Shown here one piece after another: positions 9,757 through 18,374 of a stretch of 64,000 nucleotides of DNA. The notes below the pieces were generated by a model, which had not been told where the DNA came from, did not search any database, and saw only the letters and a program-made list of their open reading frames with translations. The stretch is taken from positions 76,974-140,973 of the forward strand of contig JAGBBV010000007.1 in the NCBI GenBank assembly GCA_017938315.1. Reading direction: 5' to 3'. Made by a program: the position numbers and the translations under genes. Numbering within the stretch: the first letter of the stretch is position 1; each line of letters starts with the position of its first letter. The DNA comes from Lachnospiraceae bacterium. Lineage in GTDB: Bacteria > Bacillota > Clostridia > Lachnospirales > Lachnospiraceae.

Positions 9757-11043
9757 CTACATTTCGCCCAGAAGTTTATTTACACTTACCAGTTTTACAC
9801 AAAGAACAAATAAGTCTGCTGCTATCGCAAGTTCCTCCGGTGTAGGGAATGTAGGTGCGATTCTGATATTGCTGTCTTTGGGGTCTTTCTTATATGGGAA
9901 GGTAGCTCCTGCCCCTGTCATAACAACGCCGGCTTCTTTACATTTGTTTACAATCTCTTTTGCACAACCTTCCATTGCATCAAAAGAAATGAAATATCCG
10001 CCGCCGGGTTTTACCCATGAACCAATTTCAAGACCTGCAAGTTCCTTCTCCAGTATCTCAAGTACTGCGTCAAACTTAGGACGCATCACAGCCGCATGCT
10101 TTTTCATATGTTCTTTCATACCATGAATATCTTTAAAGTACTTCACATGGCGAAGCTGATTAATTTTATCATAACCGATAGTCTGAACCGTCATAGTTTT
10201 TCTGATAAAATCAAGGTTTGCCTCAGAAGACGCCACAGCTGAAATACCACTGCCGGGGAAGGTAACCTTGGATGTGGAGCAGAATTCATACACCATATCC
10301 GGATTTCCTGCTTTTGCACACTCGCTGATAATATCTAAAAGCTCCTCGCTGGTTTCTTCATATAAATCGTGAATTGCATATGCATTATCCCAGAAAATCC
10401 TAAAATCCTTTGCAGCAGGCTTTAGTGCTGCAAAACGCTTCACAGTTTCATCGGAATAAGTGATACCCTGAGGGTTTGAATACTTGGGGACACACCAGAT
10501 TCCTTTAATCGCCTCATCTTCACTGACTAATTTCTCAACCATATCCATATCAGGTCCTGTAGACGTCATGGGAATATTAATCATTTCAATGCCAAACTGC
10601 TCGGTGATGGCAAAATGTCTGTCATAACCGGGTACCGGACATAAAAATTTCACTTTATCAAGCTTGCACCAGGGAGTACTTCCCATCACACCAAATATCA
10701 TGGAACGGGCAATGGTATCATACATAATATTAAGGCTTGCATTTCCACAGATAATCACATTTTCTGCAGGAACTCCCAACATATCTCCCATCAGCTTTCT
10801 TGCTTCGAAAATACCATCCAAAATACCGTAGTTTCTGCAATCTGTTCCATCCTCTGCCTTTAATACGGAATTTTCATCCAAAACATTTAAAAAGTCCATT
10901 TCCATATCGAGCTGGGAAGCTGCCGGCTTACCACGGGACATATCAAGCTTAAGTCCTTTCGCTTTTACATCTTCGTATTCTTTATTTAACTGTTCTTTCA
11001 GTGTAAGTAATTCGTCTTTGCTTAATTCCTTATATGCCTTCAT
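9757..11043 (-). CDS. PLP-dependent aminotransferase (corynebacterial AspT-like aspartate aminotransferase family)
   Basis: LDMSRGKP, DCRNYG, VPGYDRHF, CVPKYSNP, WDNAY, STSKVT (PLP Lys), NIRIAPT. Confidence 0.85.
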   Translation of the reverse strand: MKAYKELSKDELLTLKEQLNKEYEDVKAKGLKLDMSRGKPAASQLDMEMDFLNVLDENSVLKAEDGTDCRNYGILDGIFEARKLMGDMLGVPAENVIICGNASLNIMYDTIARSMIFGVMGSTPWCKLDKVKFLCPVPGYDRHFAITEQFGIEMINIPMTSTGPDMDMVEKLVSEDEAIKGIWCVPKYSNPQGITYSDETVKRFAALKPAAKDFRIFWDNAYAIHDLYEETSEELLDIISECAKAGNPDMVYEFCSTSKVTFPGSGISAVASSEANLDFIRKTMTVQTIGYDKINQLRHVKYFKDIHGMKEHMKKHAAVMRPKFDAVLEILEKELAGLEIGSWVKPGGGYFISFDAMEGCAKEIVNKCKEAGVVMTGAGATFPYKKDPKDSNIRIAPTFPTPEELAIAADLFVLCVKLVSVNKLLGEM

Positions 11044-11152
11044 GCTGCATACTCCCTTCGGATGCTTATATAGTATCGTTGGATAATTGTATACAATCCA
11101 TTATCTTCCTACTATTGTACTATAGCATTTTAAATCCTACAAGTCATTTTTA

Positions 11153-12298
11153 CTAAATCTTTTTCCGAATATTTTTCATTTCAGTTCCCATTTTTATGCA
11201 ATTAGTACAAAAAGCAATCATTGCATAGATAACCATTCCCATAACATATCCCGGGTCATGCACCGCATTTAAATAATAATACGGTGGAAGAAGTATTTGT
11301 ACAATCCTAAGGCTCTTAGTAGATAAGAAAATGGGACATAGTATAAACATACTTAACATAAAAAACGGAATACATCCACCAAAGACTTTAGGTGTTCTCA
11401 CTATTTTTCTAAGAAACACACAAAACAGACCACAGTCAATCAGATATAACATCATAATCAGGACTTCCCACAAAAGGTTTCCTGCACTATTCATGACATA
11501 AAGCGATATTAGTACTGCAAGCGCCGGTAATGTAAGGGCTGCGGCTTCATATACATACAATAGCTTGTCTACCTTTTTTTGCTGGGTTGCCTCGAACATT
11601 CCCTGCTCTTTGTCCTGAAAGTGAAACATCACTGCGGAAAGGGCACATAGCATAATCAGAAGGGAAAGCATTCCCCGTAGTGGTGCCGTAATATAACTTT
11701 TTTCACCATCAAAATTTTCCTCATCATTATTTATGAGGCAAAAAAGATTTTCTTCCACATGCCATCTGTCATACACTTCTCTCAGTTCTTCTTCTGATAT
11801 TTCCTCTCCCAAAAGAACTTCCTTTTGTACAAAGTCTTCGTACACTGCGTATGCCACATCCGGATATATGATGCCAAAAAGTTTCATCCGGGCAAGCTGA
11901 AGCACTACATTTTCTTCCCGCTCATAAACAATGATGGCAGGCTCGTCCGTCACTTTCTCTTCTGCAAAGGTTTGGATGTTTTCTTTATAATCCTCTACAA
12001 AAATCCAAGCTGCATCAGCCCTGTTATTCTTTACTGCTTCTTTGGCTTTCTCTGCATCATCTGACATCTCAAAGTAAATAACACTCTCTTCCTCCATAAT
12101 CCTTTGAAGAAGTGCATTTACATCCTTGTCATTTTCATCTTCCGCACACAAGACGATTTTTAACACACCACTGTCCTGCGTTGAAACCATTTTGATTCCA
12201 AAACAAAAGAGGGGAATCATGCATAGTATCAGCAGAAAACTTTTTTTCTTTAAAAAGCGTTTGCACAATAATCTATAATAAAGGAAGAATTGTTTCAT
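11153..12298 (-). CDS. ABC-2 type transporter permease with large extracellular loop
   Basis: N-terminal TM, large loop, about 5 C-terminal TMs, FILCPIF; ATGA overlap with upstream permease. Confidence 0.85.
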   Translation of the reverse strand: MKQFFLYYRLLCKRFLKKKSFLLILCMIPLFCFGIKMVSTQDSGVLKIVLCAEDENDKDVNALLQRIMEEESVIYFEMSDDAEKAKEAVKNNRADAAWIFVEDYKENIQTFAEEKVTDEPAIIVYEREENVVLQLARMKLFGIIYPDVAYAVYEDFVQKEVLLGEEISEEELREVYDRWHVEENLFCLINNDEENFDGEKSYITAPLRGMLSLLIMLCALSAVMFHFQDKEQGMFEATQQKKVDKLLYVYEAAALTLPALAVLISLYVMNSAGNLLWEVLIMMLYLIDCGLFCVFLRKIVRTPKVFGGCIPFFMLSMFILCPIFLSTKSLRIVQILLPPYYYLNAVHDPGYVMGMVIYAMIAFCTNCIKMGTEMKNIRKKI

Positions 12299-13530
12299 CC
12301 GCATATCCTCCTTTTTCTAATTCCTATTGTCAGTCCTAAAAACAGAATGATATAAAGGAATATCACTCCCAGTTCCTTAAAAGGTGCTACAGATAGCATA
12401 CATTTTCCCGCATAATCCATGGAAGCCCCAGTAGGTAACCATGAGGATAGTTTTTGTATCCCTTCCGGGAAAAAGGAGATGGGATAAAAGCAACCGGACA
12501 AATAAGTTAAAACGATTGCCATCAAAAATTGTACTACGATTCCGCTAACCATTTCCGATACGGTTTCATACAAAAAATATTGCAATGCCGCAATTACCAT
12601 CATAACGGGAATTAACTGTACAGCAAACAAAAACAGCGATGAAAAGGAGTTATCTGCCCAGTTTCCGGGACAAATATCCAGCATCTTCATAATCATCATA
12701 ATGGGAAGTAACATCAGAAACACATTTACCATCATTAAAGTCAAATATGCAAGATATTCTCCCAAAACCTGAAGGGAAATCCTATATCCCCTCGCTTTTA
12801 GAAAGCCTGTTAACCCATTATTTTTCTTTACAAAAATCATACTGCAGGTAATACCCCACAGAGATAAAAACAAAATCAGAATTGCAATTATATAATATTC
12901 TGTAAGAGATAATCCGTCTGATATGCCAAATATTTTTACTCCGTACAGTTCTGTTCTGTTTAATATTATAGCAACCAGACTCATATATAACTCATTTACC
13001 TTGTCCATATATACATCACGCATTTCACGCTCTAACAGAAAGTGCTGCGTTCCGTAAATGGCATTCTGGGATTCCGTTACAGATTTGGATATCATGTCAA
13101 GGAGTTCATGAATCATAATCGTTCCCACTGCGGTAGATGCATTATTTGCCTCATAATAAATCTGCTTGTTTTCTCCCATGTTTACCGAGTCTACAAAGCC
13201 CTCCGGAATAATGGCATATGCAGTAAGTTTTCCCTGTTTTAGTTCTCTCTTTGCTTCTTCCTCTGTCATTGTCGGCAAATCAATCACAAAACGGGAAGAA
13301 TCTATTTTTTGGATAGCTGCAATTCCAAAGCCTAAATAAGACTCTTCCACATTTCCCACCAGTGCAATCCTAAGTTTTGTCTTATTCTCTGAATTTGCAT
13401 CAGCACGCTGCATGAAAAACGCCAGTAATCCGATTGCTGCTGTCAATAAGAGTGTCATGCCAAAAACAAAGGGGAACATCTTACGGACTCTTTTCAGTTG
13501 TATGAAAACGTAGGCCATAAAGTTTTTCAT
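12295..13530 (-). CDS. ABC-2 type transporter permease with large extracellular loop
   Basis: Same architecture; YLSGCFYPISFFP motif; start at ATG 13530 after AGGAG. Confidence 0.85.
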   Translation of the reverse strand: MKNFMAYVFIQLKRVRKMFPFVFGMTLLLTAAIGLLAFFMQRADANSENKTKLRIALVGNVEESYLGFGIAAIQKIDSSRFVIDLPTMTEEEAKRELKQGKLTAYAIIPEGFVDSVNMGENKQIYYEANNASTAVGTIMIHELLDMISKSVTESQNAIYGTQHFLLEREMRDVYMDKVNELYMSLVAIILNRTELYGVKIFGISDGLSLTEYYIIAILILFLSLWGITCSMIFVKKNNGLTGFLKARGYRISLQVLGEYLAYLTLMMVNVFLMLLPIMMIMKMLDICPGNWADNSFSSLFLFAVQLIPVMMVIAALQYFLYETVSEMVSGIVVQFLMAIVLTYLSGCFYPISFFPEGIQKLSSWLPTGASMDYAGKCMLSVAPFKELGVIFLYIILFLGLTIGIRKRRICG

Positions 13531-13543
13531 CTGCTCTTTTCTC

Positions 13544-14212
13544 CTACAGTTTGCCCACCAGATGATATACATCGCCGTCATATTGATAAGGTGTCAAAAT
13601 TCCGTCTTTTAAAATATACAAACTATCGCACAGCGTAAGTTCCTGCACATCGTGGGTTGCCAGCAAAATAATACCGCCTTTTGCTTTAAACTGCTCCAAG
13701 TAATTACCGATTCTGGCTTTACATACAAGATCAAGGGCAGCCGACGGTTCGTCCAATAAAAGCAGTTTGGGGTTTGAAGCTACCGCACAGCCGATGGACA
13801 GACGCTTTTTCATCCCTCCGGACATTTGGCACACGGGTATCTTGATAAAATCACCAATTCCAAGCATGGCCAAAACACCATCTTCCAGTTCTCTTTTTAA
13901 ATCTGCTTTATCATACCATAAACGCAGATTGTCCCAGGCTGTCAATTCTTCCATAAGGGGATTTCCCTGGGGTACATATCCTACAATTTCTTCCCTCAAG
14001 GTTTCCTCTTTAAGTAAATCCTTCCCATTCCAAAGGCATGTGCCGTCATCTGCCCTGTTCACACCGGCCAGAATAGAAAGTAACGTAGACTTTCCGCTTC
14101 CGTTACCTCCTAAAATTCCAATGCACTGCCCTTTTTCTGCCGTGAGATTGATTCCTCTTAGTACACTTTTCCTTTTATAGCTTTTTGTTATGCCCTGAAT
14201 TTCCAAAATCAT
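13544..14212 (-). CDS. ABC-2 exporter ATP-binding subunit
   Basis: GGNGSGKST, MSGGMKKR, LLLDEP, LATHD. Confidence 0.92.
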   Translation of the reverse strand: MILEIQGITKSYKRKSVLRGINLTAEKGQCIGILGGNGSGKSTLLSILAGVNRADDGTCLWNGKDLLKEETLREEIVGYVPQGNPLMEELTAWDNLRLWYDKADLKRELEDGVLAMLGIGDFIKIPVCQMSGGMKKRLSIGCAVASNPKLLLLDEPSAALDLVCKARIGNYLEQFKAKGGIILLATHDVQELTLCDSLYILKDGILTPYQYDGDVYHLVGKL

Positions 14213-14238
14213 TTATCCCTTCGTAATGCTCTGTTTGT

Positions 14239-16230
14239 TTATTCTCCGATATAGGTATAGATATTTTCGTATACTGTTTCTGTTCCATAATCACCTGACA
14301 AATCAACAAGATCGCCAAATTCGTCATATATCAAATAGTTTTCTTCGTCTATATATAGTTCACCATAGCTAATGGGGTGTTCAATGCTTTTGACAATATT
14401 TCCCATACAATCATATTCATATGTAAAATATTCATATACAGCTGCATCTAGGTTCTGGCAATGCAGAATCATATTCTGATTTTCGTCAAAAAATTTAATA
14501 TTCAGTATATGTCCATCTAAATAGTGGCTAATATACATTAACACATTACCGTGTTCATCATATTTATATTTGTCCACGTATGTCCATGTGGTGTCAAATC
14601 CTTCTCCCGTAGCATAGACATATCCGTCATCACTATGAGAATATGATATATTATAACCCCAATATTGATATCCATCCGGATGGTTTTCATTGATTAGTTT
14701 TCCATCTTCATCGTAGGTATAGTAGCAACATTCCATTATTTCTCCGTCACCATCATAAACTATCTTGCTCAGAACATTACCATTTGCGTCATATGTGTAT
14801 TCTGTATAGCCATTGTCAGATTGTTCTTTAATTACATTTCCCTTGGCATCATAACTATATGTCTGAGTCTCTAACACATCACCATAAGAATTCAGCCTTT
14901 CCTCTTTAATCATATTTCCCTGTTCATCATACTCATATGTATAGCTATCATCTTCTGATATTGCTTTCGCTAACCGTAAATTGGATCTTAAGTCATCAAT
15001 TTTCTCTGTAATTGCCGGATCTTCTTTGATTGCCACACTGTTTTGCAGTGCATCCAGTGCCTCTATATACAGCTCTTGTTCCATGCATTTATCTGCCTGC
15101 TTGCTATATACAGACGTCTTATATTCTATTAATGCCTCACTGCCAAGTGCTTCAAATCCTTCATCCAGCTTCATGATAGCATCTTCATATAGCTCCTGCT
15201 CTGCAAGCGCATCCGCCTGTTTACAATAAATTGTCACCTTGGCATCTGAAATTGTTTCGTCGCCGGTTACTTCCTCTCCATCATCTAACAAAAGCAATGC
15301 TTCATAGAAAGCACCGTCTTCTACCAATGTATCGGCACACTTTTTATATACCTCTGCGTAATTCTCGCAGAAAACCTCCTCTTCTGCCTCTTCGTAGCCC
15401 ATATATAAGGCATAAATGGCATCCTCATAGTAGCCTTCTTCTATATATCCTTCTGCAACAGCAATATAGATGTCCTGATATTTTTCTGCAAACTGCTCCG
15501 CATCAAAATCTTCTACTCCATTTTCCAACACCTCAATGGCATTTTCATATTCTTCTGCTTCAAGCAGATAATCAATATAACTTCCATAGACCGCCAACCA
15601 GCTATCTTTTAGTACATCTGCCTTACACTCTTTATATCCTTCACTAAATACACTGATTGCTTTTTCAAAATCATCCTTTTCCTGCAGAGCTTCCCCATAT
15701 TTTAAATAAGAAGAAATCATCGTTTCCTTCAGTTTATCTTTTGCATCATCGTCATCTTTGCATTTTTTAATTCCTTTTTCCAAAATTTTAATGGCATCCT
15801 GATACTCATCTTCCATTAAGCAAGACTGTGCAGCACCTATATAAGCTTCTGCTAATGTATCGTCACGTCCATATGCTGCTTTATAATAGCTAAGTGCATC
15901 CTTGTATTCTTCTTCCTCAAATGCCTTCTGTGCAAGTTTTAAATTTCTCCGGCTCTGATAACCATCTCCCATAAAATAAAAAACTGCCCCGCCGGCTGCC
16001 AAAAGAATTATCAGTATTAATATAACCACTGTGATAATTACCGGCTTCTTTGATTTCTTTGCAGTTATCTCTGTTTCTTTTTGCTCTGTTTCTTTAGTTT
16101 TCACTTTTTCCGGATTTGGAACATTTACACTTTCCTGATTATTTTTCGTAGCACTATTCTGAGGTGCGCCACAGGCAGTGCAAAATGCAGTATTATCCGG
16201 TAGTTCCTTTCCACATTGATTGCAAAACAT
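14239..16230 (-). CDS. Zinc-ribbon/TM protein with 40-aa TPR-like repeats and C-terminal YD repeats
   Basis: MFCNQCGKELPDNTAFCTACG; KKSKK then TM; helical repeats of 40-aa period; nine YxYDxxGN-type motifs; start at ATG 16230 after AGGAGG. Confidence 0.85.
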   Translation of the reverse strand: MFCNQCGKELPDNTAFCTACGAPQNSATKNNQESVNVPNPEKVKTKETEQKETEITAKKSKKPVIITVVILILIILLAAGGAVFYFMGDGYQSRRNLKLAQKAFEEEEYKDALSYYKAAYGRDDTLAEAYIGAAQSCLMEDEYQDAIKILEKGIKKCKDDDDAKDKLKETMISSYLKYGEALQEKDDFEKAISVFSEGYKECKADVLKDSWLAVYGSYIDYLLEAEEYENAIEVLENGVEDFDAEQFAEKYQDIYIAVAEGYIEEGYYEDAIYALYMGYEEAEEEVFCENYAEVYKKCADTLVEDGAFYEALLLLDDGEEVTGDETISDAKVTIYCKQADALAEQELYEDAIMKLDEGFEALGSEALIEYKTSVYSKQADKCMEQELYIEALDALQNSVAIKEDPAITEKIDDLRSNLRLAKAISEDDSYTYEYDEQGNMIKEERLNSYGDVLETQTYSYDAKGNVIKEQSDNGYTEYTYDANGNVLSKIVYDGDGEIMECCYYTYDEDGKLINENHPDGYQYWGYNISYSHSDDGYVYATGEGFDTTWTYVDKYKYDEHGNVLMYISHYLDGHILNIKFFDENQNMILHCQNLDAAVYEYFTYEYDCMGNIVKSIEHPISYGELYIDEENYLIYDEFGDLVDLSGDYGTETVYENIYTYIGE

Positions 16231-16254
16231 TGTTTTTTCCTCCTTTGCAAATAA

Positions 16255-16279
16255 TAGAGCCGACACAACGCCGGCTCTA
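16255..16279 (-). terminator. Internal stem-loop between the two array A genes
   Basis: TAGAGCCG / CGGCTCTA stem followed by UUAUUU on the minus strand. Confidence 0.6.
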
Positions 16280-16291
16280 CCTGGTTTCTAA

Positions 16292-18193
16292 TTAATAATC
16301 TAACATATCTACAATATCTTCTACTTCATCGATTATATCTGAAGAAACATCAGCATTTTCCATTTTTTCAATCAGGTTATCCCAATCTACTTCTTCCAGC
16401 CACTCTTCTACGTCATCTACATCCTCTGCATATATAACGTCCTTATCGTTTGGAATTTTTACAGAAGATGCTTTTCCTGTTTTGGATGTCACTGTAACCG
16501 TTCCAAGACTTTCTTCATCATATATTGCTCCGATGGCTAATTCAGCTACGCTATCAGAAGATTTTGCTTTCATGGTAATCGAAGCATCTTCAAATGCTGC
16601 GGCATACTCTGTCATGCCAATTACTTTACTGATTCCGGAGCCCATGCTGACTTCCACTTCTCCGTTTAACTGTAACTTCTTCAAATCTTCTGTATTAAAA
16701 TCTTTCACTTTAAGGTCTACCAGTGATGCGCCATTATACTTAACAGAAAATTCTCCGGTTACTTTATTTCCGCTTTCTTTTCCACTTCCCACAAGGCTTA
16801 CTGTAGTACTATACTGCTCAAAGGAATATTCATAAGCCACGTCACTTCCCTTTTTAGGCATCAGCATGCTGATGCGGGTAGTTTCTTCCCAGTAATCCTC
16901 ATATTCGATTTCTCTACCGACGATCTCACCTTTTCCGTCTACATAAACGTTCATCACTACTTCCGCATCTTCGTCAGCATAAGATTTAAGATATTCTAAC
17001 TCATATTCTATTTCTTCTAAAAGCATGTCATAGATTTCATCTTCATACATATCGTAGGGTGACAAAGATGCAAAATTGGTAATCAGTTCTTCTAAATCCT
17101 CGTCATCTTCCATTTCTTCTAAGATTGCTTCCAACATATCTACTATAGTGCCTGCATCTATGGTCACTGAAAGCTCAGTGCAGTTTTGCTTCACAGATTC
17201 CACTTTTATTGCTTTTTCATCTATAGACACATCGTCCATACATGCAATGGCTATATTCAAATATTTAGAAAGCATTTTTTCAAACTTTGCCCTGTCAGGA
17301 CATGCCTTAAGAAGCTCTGCACTTGCTTCCATCTGGTCCTGCATCATTTCTAATTCATACTCACCCAGTTCTTCTTCAAGATCAAGTCCAATATAAGTTT
17401 TAGTTAATTCGGGAATCTGTACATATGCACTTCCTTCTTCTATATCCATTATGATGTTTCCCGAAATAACATCTTCGCCATTAAGCCCAAACGTTGCTCC
17501 GAGTCCATATAAGGTGTCTTTAATCGAAGCATCAGCAGATATTTTTGCATCATCAATCCAAGACAAATCTACACCGGCAAACCCTGCCAGTTCAATCAAA
17601 TCCTTACCACCTTCATCAAGTGATACTGTCAGTTCCATGCTGCCGCCTTTATTGCTGCTATCTAAACCTTCTAAGATAGCTGTCTCATAAAAGTTACCTG
17701 CCACTGCAGTAATCTCATCTACTGTTTTTTCTTCTACAAAATGATAATAATCCTCGGGAGCAGAGAATGTCTTTTTAAAGAAGTTTGTAAAGCTTGCTGC
17801 ATTCAATAAACAAATAACAAGAACCAAAATAAGCGCAACTAAAATTCCGCCAACAATAAATACTGCCTTTTTCGAACCACCTGCTTTCTTCTTCGGTTCA
17901 GGTATTGTTTGTGCATAATTAAGAGTTTCATTCACCGCTTCTACCTGCTTTACGGTTTCTTCTGCCGCTGTGCCCGCCTCTACTACAGGTGTCTCCTCTG
18001 CTATAGGTTCTGTTTCTGCTGCAGGTGTCTCCTCTATTACAGGTTCTGTTTCTGCAACAGGTGCCTCCTCTACTACAGCTTCTGTTTCTGCTACAGGTGC
18101 TTCTGTCACAGGCACTTCTACTACAGGTGCTCCACATTTGGAACAGAATTTATTGCCTTCCTTAATTGGGTTTCCACATTTGTTACAAAACAC
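16292..18193 (-). CDS. Zinc-ribbon/TM protein with Pro/Glu/Ala/Val repeat linker and large acidic ectodomain of unknown family
   Basis: GTG start; MFCNKCGNPIKEGNKFCSKCG; EEAPVAETEPV repeats; KKKAGGSKK then TM. Confidence 0.85.
   Translation of the reverse strand: MFCNKCGNPIKEGNKFCSKCGAPVVEVPVTEAPVAETEAVVEEAPVAETEPVIEETPAAETEPIAEETPVVEAGTAAEETVKQVEAVNETLNYAQTIPEPKKKAGGSKKAVFIVGGILVALILVLVICLLNAASFTNFFKKTFSAPEDYYHFVEEKTVDEITAVAGNFYETAILEGLDSSNKGGSMELTVSLDEGGKDLIELAGFAGVDLSWIDDAKISADASIKDTLYGLGATFGLNGEDVISGNIIMDIEEGSAYVQIPELTKTYIGLDLEEELGEYELEMMQDQMEASAELLKACPDRAKFEKMLSKYLNIAIACMDDVSIDEKAIKVESVKQNCTELSVTIDAGTIVDMLEAILEEMEDDEDLEELITNFASLSPYDMYEDEIYDMLLEEIEYELEYLKSYADEDAEVVMNVYVDGKGEIVGREIEYEDYWEETTRISMLMPKKGSDVAYEYSFEQYSTTVSLVGSGKESGNKVTGEFSVKYNGASLVDLKVKDFNTEDLKKLQLNGEVEVSMGSGISKVIGMTEYAAAFEDASITMKAKSSDSVAELAIGAIYDEESLGTVTVTSKTGKASSVKIPNDKDVIYAEDVDDVEEWLEEVDWDNLIEKMENADVSSDIIDEVEDIVDMLDY
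17985..18092. repeat. Three tandem 36-bp coding repeats plus a degenerate partial copy
   Basis: Units 17985-18020, 18021-18056 and 18057-18092, consensus (a/g)caggtg(t/c)ctcctct..ta(c/t)ag(g/c)ttctgtttctgc(t/a). Confidence 0.9.
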
Positions 18194-18253
18194 TTTATTT
18201 CCCTCTCTTTCCGCAGGAATTTCTCTCCCCGATATATTTTATTATTTGTCTGT

Positions 18254-18262
18254 TTTGTCGAA
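18254..18262 (+). promoter_or_regulatory. Candidate Spo0A box (TTTGTCGAA)
   Basis: Exact match to extended 0A consensus; core about +9 to +15 from the inferred start site of the array A promoter. Confidence 0.5.
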
Positions 18263-18276
18263 CATCAACAAAATTT

Positions 18277-18305
18277 ATTATACTCAAGGTTACGCATTTC
18301 GTCAA
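18277..18305 (-). promoter_or_regulatory. SigA-type promoter of array A
   Basis: TTGACG (18305-18300), 17 bp, TATAAT (18282-18277). Confidence 0.85.
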
Positions 18306-18329
18306 TAAAATACACCATTTGTCATAAAA

Positions 18330-18362
18330 AAGAGAACCTTGAAAAACTTTCAAGATTCTCTT
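18330..18362 (-). terminator. rny terminator
   Basis: 15-bp stem with one G.U pair on the minus strand, followed by a U run. Confidence 0.8.
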
Positions 18363-18374
18363 AATTATTAATCC

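Noticed and set aside
14239-16230. Rhs polymorphic toxin
   Set aside because: Too few YD repeats; no DPxG cleavage motif, toxin tip or immunity gene.
17985-18092. 36-bp repeats as a CRISPR array
   Set aside because: Units are contiguous with no spacers, in frame within a CDS, and there are no cas genes.
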